Below are positions 1 through 7,427 of a stretch of 45,048 nucleotides of DNA, piece after piece. The notes beneath the pieces are model-generated. The model was not told the origin of the DNA and did not search any database. It saw nothing but the letters and a program-made list of their open reading frames with translations. The translations under genes and the position numbers were made by a program. The stretch spans positions 1-45,048 of IMG/VR virus record IMGVR_UViG_3300036796_000044; one strand, given 5' to 3'. Each line of letters starts with the position of its first letter. The stretch's first letter is position 1. This DNA is from a virus. Lineage: Duplodnaviria; Caudoviricetes.

Positions 1-144
1 GATTATCGGACTCAAGGTCAAGCCGACTGGTAAAGGCGAAGACGTGTGGCCGATATCTGTAAGCAGGACTGGTGAGCAGTTCCAGCGGTGGGCGTTCTGG
101 TTCAGGCATACGGCAGAGATGTATGAACAGTATAAGGACGACTA
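1..144. repeat. Terminal direct repeat (assembly circularisation overlap), left copy
   Basis: 1-144 is identical to 44905-45048 except A127 vs G45031 (synonymous GAA/GAG). It lies inside the Cas4-like gene. Confidence 0.95.
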
Positions 145-304
145 CGAGCATACGCCGCGGTATACGCATAGCTGCAACAGATACTTCCGGCCATGCTCAC
201 TGCTAAGTTTCTGTTGTGACACGTTCGAAGGCCGGATCGAGCAGTGGCATGAGATGGTGTCAGCAAGATCAAGTCCATCGGAACTGGCAATCGGAGACGA
301 CTAA
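2..304 (+). CDS. Cas4/AddB-like PD-(D/E)XK exonuclease, C-terminal part (gene wraps from 44072)
   Basis: Frame is continuous with the ORF from 44072 through the terminal overlap. C-terminal Cys cluster CNRYFRPCSLLSFC. Confidence 0.85.
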   Translation: MIGLKVKPTGKGEDVWPISVSRTGEQFQRWAFWFRHTAEMYEQYKDDYEHTPRYTHSCNRYFRPCSLLSFCCDTFEGRIEQWHEMVSARSSPSELAIGDD

Positions 305-528
305 TGTTTAACGCAAAGGAGCCGGGCATGGCTATGGACGATGCACTATTCAAGGCCGCCGTCGAAGCTGCTGTGAAGCTGGAAGGTGCTGAGCGTGCGC
401 CGTTGTTCGAGGCGTTCGCTCATGTTGTCAGGGACTTCTTGCTCGATGTTGAGCGTATGGCGGAAGCGTTGGAGCGTATTGCTGACGCTGCGGAGGGCGT
501 GCCTCTGTCTGAGTCAAACGGAGAATGA
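304..528 (+). CDS. hypothetical protein
   Basis: TAATG coupling to the upstream gene and ATGA coupling to the downstream gene. Confidence 0.7.
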   Translation: MFNAKEPGMAMDDALFKAAVEAAVKLEGAERAPLFEAFAHVVRDFLLDVERMAEALERIADAAEGVPLSESNGE

Positions 529-1406
529 TTATGGTGCAGCCATTCAAAGTAGGTCCAGTGACGGTGCAGTCTGGACGGGAGATCGCTAAGAGGATGGCTA
601 TAATGCTTTGGGGAGCAGCAGCTAGCGGCAAAACCTCATTTGCAGCCACAGCGCCGGGGGATAAGCTGTGGCTGTCGTTCGGGGATCAAGAGCATGTATC
701 GGTCGCGCATCGCTCAGATGTGCATGTCGCTAATCTGTCGGGGCTGTCGGCGGAAGAGTTGTTCAAGCACGCGCTGAGTGACAATCCGTTCGGGATGGAC
801 CAGATACTTGCGGAACATAAGAACATCGAAACGGTTGTGTGTGACTCAGCTACGGCTTTGGTGTATCTGGCGTTGCAGCGATCAATAGAGAGAGGAACTG
901 GCGCGGGCAGGCGTGGCTTCGTACCGACAATCGAAGAGCCAGGACAGTCCGCGTATGGTGCCCGTAATGCCTTGATGCTAAAGGTGCTGACGGGCTTGCT
1001 GCGCGTGACGGCAAAGCATAATGTGCATCTGATAGTCACTGCACATGAAGCTGATCCTATAATGGAGATACGAGACGGCAAGGAGGTAGTGAGTCACATT
1101 AGCGTCATGCTTGGTGGCCAACTAGTCAATAATGTGACGTTCCGGCTGTCGGAGATATGGTATATGTCAGCACAAAGAGAACGCAGGCTGGCTGTAAGGT
1201 CAGTGAGACTGCGAAGGCCGATGAAAACGCGTATGTTTTCAGGTGACGGCGATGCAGAGTTTCCGCTGGAGTACAACTCGGAGTTGCCTGACAAAGGCCA
1301 AATGACTATCGCCGGTTGGTACAACAAATGGGTCAAGCTAGGGACCAAGATACTGCCAAACGGCAAGGATACCCAGGACAGTGGGTCTTCGAAACGCAAC
1401 AAGTGA
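525..1406 (+). CDS. Sak4-like / AAA_24 P-loop ATPase (recombination/annealing)
   Basis: Walker A GAAASGKT, Walker B VVCDS and VTAHE motif. Located between the exonuclease and SSB-like genes. Confidence 0.8.
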   Translation: MIMVQPFKVGPVTVQSGREIAKRMAIMLWGAAASGKTSFAATAPGDKLWLSFGDQEHVSVAHRSDVHVANLSGLSAEELFKHALSDNPFGMDQILAEHKNIETVVCDSATALVYLALQRSIERGTGAGRRGFVPTIEEPGQSAYGARNALMLKVLTGLLRVTAKHNVHLIVTAHEADPIMEIRDGKEVVSHISVMLGGQLVNNVTFRLSEIWYMSAQRERRLAVRSVRLRRPMKTRMFSGDGDAEFPLEYNSELPDKGQMTIAGWYNKWVKLGTKILPNGKDTQDSGSSKRNK

Positions 1407-1435
1407 CTCTGTCCAGTCACTTCTGGAGGATGATA

Positions 1436-1978
1436 ATGGCTGAAGACGATGAAGCCCTCGATATCATCGAGCTTGACGAAAGCCTCGCTGATGTTGAGAA
1501 ACCGGCAGAGTTGCCTGCCGGGCTGTACGTCGGAGAAATCCAGGACGTGCAGGTTGCCACAAGTGCCAAAGGCAACGCTTACTACGCTGTCCGGTTCATC
1601 ATCGGGCCTGACGAGATTCCCGCTGACATTCAGCAGGATTTCGAGGATGGCGCGGTGTTGTTCTGGAACCGGCAGATCAGGCCAAGGGACGGTAAGGATC
1701 GCCGCGCCTTGTTCAATCTGCGCAAGTTCGTTGAGGCTATCGGTCTGGATGCGAATACGTCTTCGATCGACCCCAACGATTGGATGGGTTGCCGTGCCCG
1801 ATTGAGGATCAGGCAGACCATCAATCCGCGCGATCCCACGTCTGGCAAGCGTGCGGAGATTGCGTCGATCGAGCCGCTGGAAGACGCTCCGGCGCCTCGT
1901 GGAGCACCGGAACCGGAGCCAGAGGTAGAGACGGCTCCAGCGGCACGCGGTCGTGCAGGCCGCGGCCGTACGCGGTAG
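1436..1978 (+). CDS. DUF669-like single-stranded DNA-binding protein
   Basis: GGAGG RBS at 1425. LPAGLYVGEIQDV..SAKGNAY pattern, position after the Sak4-like ATPase, and a disordered C-tail. Confidence 0.7.
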   Translation: MAEDDEALDIIELDESLADVEKPAELPAGLYVGEIQDVQVATSAKGNAYYAVRFIIGPDEIPADIQQDFEDGAVLFWNRQIRPRDGKDRRALFNLRKFVEAIGLDANTSSIDPNDWMGCRARLRIRQTINPRDPTSGKRAEIASIEPLEDAPAPRGAPEPEPEVETAPAARGRAGRGRTR

Positions 1979-1986
1979 TTGAGGAT

Positions 1987-2025
1987 GGCCCGACACTGTG
2001 TGAGTCAAACAGTGTCGGGCCTTTT
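1987..2025 (+). terminator. Intrinsic terminator whose apex is the 15-bp palindrome
   Basis: GGCCCGACACTGT-GTGAGTCAA-ACAGTGTCGGGCC-TTTT directly after the SSB stop. Confidence 0.8.
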
Positions 2026-2054
2026 GTGTAAGCAAATAGCAGAGAAGGAGAGAA

Positions 2055-2288
2055 GTGATGGAAGGAGAGCAGGACGTGGAAGATCAAGTATGGGTCCGAG
2101 CGCAGATCGTTGCAGCGCTCTGGGAGAGTGATAACGATTGTAGCGAACCGCACATCGAGCGGCAAGCTGACTCGATTATGAGACTTCTGGAGCGAACAGC
2201 CGGCGCAACAGACACGTATCATGTGTTCGTCGGTTATCTGAACGACCTGCGACTGAGAGGAAAGGCAGGGGAGGGCAGCGATGGTTGA
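2055..2288 (+). CDS. hypothetical protein
   Basis: AAGGAG RBS upstream; overlaps the next start. Confidence 0.65.
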   Translation: MMEGEQDVEDQVWVRAQIVAALWESDNDCSEPHIERQADSIMRLLERTAGATDTYHVFVGYLNDLRLRGKAGEGSDG

Positions 2289-2487
2289 CTCGGTGCAGTT
2301 GCGCCTCGGTGAGTATGTCAGCCGAGGCGTCTGTCAGGTGATTATTCGAGTGCGACTGGAGGACAGAAGAGACATAACGACGGCAGCGCAATTGCTGGGC
2401 CTTACGCAAGCTCAGTTCATGCGTAATGTACTCGTCCAGACAGCTAGAGCAGTCATAGCAGAGGTTAAATCAGAAGAGGCTGCGTAA
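2281..2487 (+). CDS. ribbon-helix-helix DNA-binding protein (DUF1778-like)
   Basis: QVIIRVRLEDRRDITTAAQLLGLTQAQFMR fits the beta-strand/helix/G/helix RHH pattern. Confidence 0.7.
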   Translation: MVDSVQLRLGEYVSRGVCQVIIRVRLEDRRDITTAAQLLGLTQAQFMRNVLVQTARAVIAEVKSEEAA

Positions 2488-2807
2488 TGCGTGTGCGAGT
2501 AATCGCAACTAAGACCACACTCCGCGACCTGCGGCCCGGCGATCTGTACTCGGAACACGATGGTTCATACTGGAACCTCGCAATGTCCGGGCGTGTCCCG
2601 CCACAGGCGCTTGTTTACACAAACGAGACGACTGCTGATGATATCAGCGCAGATTCATATTACGTGTACCGACTAACGATTGTTAAGGAGAGCGTAGACA
2701 AGGACGGTATCAAGACACAACAGCGTAATGCCCATACGTCGGTGGTGCTCGATCCGAACGCGCCTCCGGGGTCAACACCGAAGGAGATTGAACGTGGGAG
2801 AAAGTGA
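2487..2807 (+). CDS. hypothetical protein
   Basis: TAATG coupling and GAGG RBS. Confidence 0.65.
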   Translation: MRVRVIATKTTLRDLRPGDLYSEHDGSYWNLAMSGRVPPQALVYTNETTADDISADSYYVYRLTIVKESVDKDGIKTQQRNAHTSVVLDPNAPPGSTPKEIERGRK

Positions 2808-4056
2808 GCAGTTGACGAGTGTGAGACAAACACGTTTGAGTAGCGAGCAGAAGTACGCCATAGACCTCTGCCAGGACATGACCAGCCGCATTGTTTCAGT
2901 CACTGGCGGTGCTGGGACCGGCAAGACGCTGGTGCTCGGCTATGTGTATCACGAGCTATGCAAGAAGTACAAGGTGGCATTGTGCGCTCCGACTGGCAGA
3001 GCCGCGAAGCGTATTTACGAACTGACAGGCATCACAGCGAAGACCATACACAAGTTGTTGGAGTATCCGCAGCCTAACGACGACCCACTATACGGTGACG
3101 ACGGTGACGAGATACCACCAAGGAACGAGCCGAAGCGGTGCGCTGCATACCCACTCGATGAATTTGTCGTTCTCGTTGACGAGTCGTCGATGATCGGACC
3201 AGAGCTTTATCATGGACTCATAGCAGCATTGCAGAAGAAGGGCGTGATTAGGTTCTTCGGCGACAACAACCAATTGCTACCAGTAGAGGAAGGGCCGCCG
3301 CCATTCAGGACGATATTGGCCAAGTTCCCAGCAGTCACATTGACGTATAACTTTAGATCGGATGACGAGATTGTAAGCAACGCGTATCGCATCCTGCGTG
3401 GTCAAATTCCGTTGCGTAATGATAGGTTCGACGTTCGGTACGAAGACAATCCCACGCTTACGCTGATTAAGCTGATCGAGGGGCACCCTGAGTATGCGGA
3501 CGACGGCAACCAAATTATTATGCCCACGCGCAAGGGACCTGTAGGTACGCTGCGTGTCAATCCGTCTATCCAGGTGAAGCTGAATAAAGACAAGCAGTTG
3601 TTGCGCTTGCCACGATTCGACAAGAAAGAGCGTGATCTTGTCATACGCGCAAATGATAAATTTCTGTGGGTCAAGAATGATTATCAGTTGGACCTGTTCA
3701 ATGGCGAAATTGGTCGTGTAGCTAAGATTGATACCGAGGATGGTTCGATCTGGCTAAAGACTTCCGAAGGGCGTAGCATCGAAGTACCACCGAGCATTAG
3801 GGCATACAATAACTTTCTGCGGACTACAATCAATTACGATCCGCGCAAGCAGCTTGAGTTGGGTTACGCCATCACGACACACAAGGCACAGGGCAGCGAG
3901 TTCAATACTGTGGTCTATTGTATGTCCAGCACGTCACCGTTCCTGTTGAACCGGAACAATTTCTACACAGCCGTGACACGAGCCAAGACGCGCGTGCTCA
4001 TTATAGCGGATCGCAGAGCGATGTTTCTGGCACTCCGCCGCGAGGTACGCACATGA
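2794..4056 (+). CDS. RecD2/Dda-like superfamily 1B helicase
   Basis: Motifs GGAGTGKT, APTGRAAKR, TIHKLL, VDESSM, GDNNQLLPV, YAITTHKAQGSEF and YTAVTRAK. GTG start chosen from AAGGAG at 2781 (ORF is open from 2728). Confidence 0.92.
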   Translation: MGESEQLTSVRQTRLSSEQKYAIDLCQDMTSRIVSVTGGAGTGKTLVLGYVYHELCKKYKVALCAPTGRAAKRIYELTGITAKTIHKLLEYPQPNDDPLYGDDGDEIPPRNEPKRCAAYPLDEFVVLVDESSMIGPELYHGLIAALQKKGVIRFFGDNNQLLPVEEGPPPFRTILAKFPAVTLTYNFRSDDEIVSNAYRILRGQIPLRNDRFDVRYEDNPTLTLIKLIEGHPEYADDGNQIIMPTRKGPVGTLRVNPSIQVKLNKDKQLLRLPRFDKKERDLVIRANDKFLWVKNDYQLDLFNGEIGRVAKIDTEDGSIWLKTSEGRSIEVPPSIRAYNNFLRTTINYDPRKQLELGYAITTHKAQGSEFNTVVYCMSSTSPFLLNRNNFYTAVTRAKTRVLIIADRRAMFLALRREVRT

Positions 4057-4074
4057 CCGAATGGGAGTCTGGAG

Positions 4075-4626
4075 ATGAGCCGTTTGACTCAAACGAGGCG
4101 GCAGCGATATATAGTATTCACAGGGCCATCGCTCAGTGGCAAAAGCACCGCGGCTGCATTGCTCGTGTCATGGTTCCGGCAGAAGGGGTGCTCAGCGGTG
4201 CATTGCTCCTTCGAAGCGCCAATGAAGCATTATCTAGCTATGTCATTAGGGCTGAAGTTAGGGAGCTTCAAGATGGACGAGCCGTTGTCCGTATTATTAT
4301 CAAAAACCTGCAAGGACTTTCTAAGACTTGAGGCGGCGCATCTACGGTTCAACTATGGGCCGAACGTTATGGGCAGCATGTTGAAGGAAAGGACAAAGCA
4401 CTGGCGGCACAATCCTGTATACGTTGTGGTGGATGACGGCGTGAGCATGTTGGATTGTCGTGCGCTCGGAGACTACTTCCTGATTCAGATTGTGCGTGAT
4501 GCGCAAGAGCGCGTATATCCATTCATGATTCCGAACGCGAATGCGCATATCCGCAATGACGGAACGTTGGATGATCTACAGGCGAAGATCGCGAAGATTG
4601 CAACAATCATAGAGGAAGAGAAATGA
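4075..4626 (+). CDS. deoxynucleoside monophosphate kinase-like P-loop protein
   Basis: N-terminal GPSLSGKST, SFEAPMK, VVVDD and C-terminal IRNDGTLDDL, typical of phage dNMP kinases. Confidence 0.7.
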   Translation: MSRLTQTRRQRYIVFTGPSLSGKSTAAALLVSWFRQKGCSAVHCSFEAPMKHYLAMSLGLKLGSFKMDEPLSVLLSKTCKDFLRLEAAHLRFNYGPNVMGSMLKERTKHWRHNPVYVVVDDGVSMLDCRALGDYFLIQIVRDAQERVYPFMIPNANAHIRNDGTLDDLQAKIAKIATIIEEEK

Positions 4627-7094
4627 GCATAGCAGAAGAGTTTGCCGCGATGGCTAGCGCGTATGGCCTTGACGTACAGGCTGTTTGCAGCGGTCCTGCG
4701 GAGGCCGAGACTGCGTTCATAGGTGAAGGGCTCGGCGAGGTAGAGGTGCGTAAGAAGGCTCCGCTTGTTGGCAAGTCCGGTCAATTGCTGTGGAAGCATA
4801 CGGCTCGCTACGGACTCACGCCGGAGAATGTGTATGCGACCAATGTCATCAAGCGGCAAATCACTATGTCGGAGACTTCCAAGTTCAAGATGGATGTGCA
4901 TGAGCTTGCGCAGTGGCATGAGTTGCTGCAATGGGAGTTGTCGCAACTGCCGAACCTCAAGACGGTCGTGCTGCTCGGCGGTTACGCGCTCACTGCCGTG
5001 CTCGGCAAGAACGGCATAGGTTCTTGGCGAGGATCGGTAGTGGATATCAATCTGCCGAACGGTAAGAGGGGAAGTGCTGTTTGTACCAACAATCCAGCGT
5101 ATCCATTACATGAGCCCAAAGCTGAGATCACGTTCCTGATGGATATGCAGAAGGTCGGGCAGGTTGTAGCAGGAACGTTCAAGCCGTACGAGGTTGATGC
5201 AATTATCAACCCGACGTATCGAGAAACCATGTCGTTCCTGCTCGACATGCAGCGCACCAACAAGCCGGTGGCTGCCGACATTGAAGGATTGAATGACGAG
5301 ACTGCGTGTATGGGTCTCGCGAATGAGGCGCATCGCGCCATCTGCATTAACTTCCGTGACGCTGATCGCAATACGTTCACACCAACGGAAGAGCAGGATG
5401 TTTGGATGGCGATCCAGAGGCTGTTTGACTCACACAAGGTCATCGCACAGAACGGAGGGTTCGATGCGTATTGGTGTAGGCTCCGTGACTGGCTCCGCAT
5501 TCGTGTCTGGTTTGATACGTTGCTGGCGCATCACACTCTCTACCCGCAACTACCGCACAACCTTGCTTATCTCACTAGTCAGTACACGAACCACCCCTAC
5601 TACAAAGACGAAGGAGACTACTGGAAAGAAGGAGGAGACATTAACGAGTTCTGGGTCTACAACTGCAAAGACGCAGCCATAACTTGGGCGATTGCGCAGA
5701 GAGAGCGGGCTGAGTTGGAGAAGCAGGGGCTGAGCAAGTTCTTCTTTGAGCATGTCATGCGTGCGCAACCGCATTTGGTGGAGGCAACAGTGCATGGCCT
5801 GCCGGTGGATAAGACAGTGAAGGCAGCGATTGCTATGGAGATTGATAAGGATGTGGCAAGCATCGAGGAGGAATTCCATAGGCTTGTGCATGAGTGTACG
5901 GAGGATTCGACATACTTTCCGAATCCAGGCTCGTGGCAGCAGATGCGTGAGCTATTCTTCGAGCGGCTCAGTCTGCAAGGCGTAGGGCTGTCTACAGACA
6001 AGACGAATCGTGACCACATAATGAAGCACGCGAAGACACGGCCAGTAGAAAGGGAGATGCTATCTGCACTGAATAAGTACAAAGAGGAAGACAAATTTCG
6101 TGGCACGTACGCTAACGCGAAGGAGTCGAAAGATGGGCGGTTTCGGTTTGAGTTTAAGCAGTACGGAACGCAGAATGCTCCTGGACGGCTGTCCTCTGCT
6201 CAGCTTATTAACGGTGAGGGTGGTAACATCCAGAATCAGCCTATGCGAGCCAGAGGCTTCTTTGTTACAGACCCTGGATGTGTCTATATCTACTTTGATC
6301 TGGCACAGGCTGAGGCCCAGGTTGTTTCGTTCAGAGCCGACATTGCTAAGTGGAAGGACCAGTTTGCCAGAGCACGACGTGACGGCAGTTACGATTGCCA
6401 TCGTGCACTGGCCTCGGAGATGTTCAAGGTTCCTTACGCGGATGTACCAAGTTCGGATTGGGACGAGGATAATCGCCCTACGATTCGCTATGTCTCCAAA
6501 CGTTGCCGTCATGGGCTTAACTACCGCATGGAGCGGTTCAGGCTCTCAGAGGTAACAGGCTTGTCGTATCATGTAGCTGCCCGGGCGTTCTTGTTGTATC
6601 ATAAGATCACGCCCGAGTTGCAGGATTGGTGGAAGCAGGAAGAGTATACGTTTAGAAAGGATCGAGCGCTGTACAATGCACTTGGTCGCAGGTTTCGTGT
6701 GTTGCAGCCAGTAGATGACGAGGTGGCCAAGTCCGTCGTGGCGTTTTATCCTCAGAGTACGATCGGCGACAAGGTCGTGCAGGTATGGTACCAGGCAGAA
6801 GAGGATGACGAATGGCCGAAGGGACACGCCAGGGTTGCAATCAATGTCCACGATAATCTTGTGGGTATGGCAGAAACCAAGTATGCAAAGACGGCTCTCC
6901 GCATCTTGAAGAAGTATGCGGAGAGTCCTTTGATGATTCAGGATGCATGGGGACGAAGGCCGCCCGAGCCGTTATCGATCGGAGCGGAATGCAAGATATC
7001 GTATCCAACAAGCTGGGACGAGAAGACGAAGCGTTTCGTGGAGGACCCAAACGGGTTGCATCGCTGGAGCAACATGAAGACTGTTGCTGTTTGA
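4623..7094 (+). CDS. polA: family A DNA polymerase with N-terminal family-4 UDG-like domain and 3'-5' exonuclease
   Basis: UDG-like FIGEGLG..E...PLVGKSGQLL..YATNVIK. Exonuclease ADIE, QNGGFD, YNCKD. Pol motif A DLAQAE, B KRCRHGLNY, C VHD. Confidence 0.93.
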   Translation: MSIAEEFAAMASAYGLDVQAVCSGPAEAETAFIGEGLGEVEVRKKAPLVGKSGQLLWKHTARYGLTPENVYATNVIKRQITMSETSKFKMDVHELAQWHELLQWELSQLPNLKTVVLLGGYALTAVLGKNGIGSWRGSVVDINLPNGKRGSAVCTNNPAYPLHEPKAEITFLMDMQKVGQVVAGTFKPYEVDAIINPTYRETMSFLLDMQRTNKPVAADIEGLNDETACMGLANEAHRAICINFRDADRNTFTPTEEQDVWMAIQRLFDSHKVIAQNGGFDAYWCRLRDWLRIRVWFDTLLAHHTLYPQLPHNLAYLTSQYTNHPYYKDEGDYWKEGGDINEFWVYNCKDAAITWAIAQRERAELEKQGLSKFFFEHVMRAQPHLVEATVHGLPVDKTVKAAIAMEIDKDVASIEEEFHRLVHECTEDSTYFPNPGSWQQMRELFFERLSLQGVGLSTDKTNRDHIMKHAKTRPVEREMLSALNKYKEEDKFRGTYANAKESKDGRFRFEFKQYGTQNAPGRLSSAQLINGEGGNIQNQPMRARGFFVTDPGCVYIYFDLAQAEAQVVSFRADIAKWKDQFARARRDGSYDCHRALASEMFKVPYADVPSSDWDEDNRPTIRYVSKRCRHGLNYRMERFRLSEVTGLSYHVAARAFLLYHKITPELQDWWKQEEYTFRKDRALYNALGRRFRVLQPVDDEVAKSVVAFYPQSTIGDKVVQVWYQAEEDDEWPKGHARVAINVHDNLVGMAETKYAKTALRILKKYAESPLMIQDAWGRRPPEPLSIGAECKISYPTSWDEKTKRFVEDPNGLHRWSNMKTVAV

Positions 7095-7095
7095 G

Positions 7096-7200
7096 TCAAA
7101 CAGGGGGCCTGATTAGCGTGAGGATGAAAATCCAGAATGCAGTCAGGCTTGCCACGACCGCGATCCACATAAGGCAGCCCACCCACTCGTTCTGTGTCAT
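7096..7200 (-). CDS. small single-TM membrane protein (34 aa), not in ORF track
   Basis: MTQNEWVGCLMWIAVVASLTAFWIFILTLIRPPV*. ATGA overlap with the upstream gene; stop is supplied by the palindrome. Confidence 0.6.
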   Translation of the reverse strand: MTQNEWVGCLMWIAVVASLTAFWIFILTLIRPPV

Positions 7201-7427
7201 GATAGTTTCTCGATGTTTGTTGTGGCGCGCCATTGGGCTATTTGCCCGGGCAGTATGTACTTGTTAACTTTTTTATCAGCCGCAAGTATCTTGAGGAACG
7301 CTATCACCTCGCCGTCGCGAATGTTGCCGCCAGCCTTAGCGATAAGCTCGGACTGGCGGCGACCTTGTGTGCCGCCGTCGATTAGGAACTTCGTGATCTT
7401 TACTTGCCAGTCATCGTCCGTGCTCAT
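7197..7427 (-). CDS. small putative winged-helix DNA-binding protein
   Basis: 76 aa; ITKFL..G.RQSEL....EVIAFLKIL..KKV....WRA resembles wHTH topology. Coupled to the giant gene's stop. Confidence 0.5.
   Translation of the reverse strand: MSTDDDWQVKITKFLIDGGTQGRRQSELIAKAGGNIRDGEVIAFLKILAADKKVNKYILPGQIAQWRATTNIEKLS

Noticed and set aside
1-144. Biological direct terminal repeat
   Set aside because: It lies mid-gene and is the size expected of an assembly overlap. True ends more plausibly lie in the 35.7-37.1 kb non-coding region; this cannot be settled without reads.
1401-1422. Hairpin AAGTGACT-CTGTCC-AGTCACTT between the ATPase and SSB genes
   Set aside because: Short 8-bp stem without a U-tract; not enough to call a terminator or regulatory element.
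7088-7102. Core TGA(G/C)TCA equals the eukaryotic AP-1/GCN4 site
   Set aside because: The gene content and the SD/sigma70 signals are bacterial, no bZIP was recognised, and the conserved flanks extend beyond the AP-1 core.
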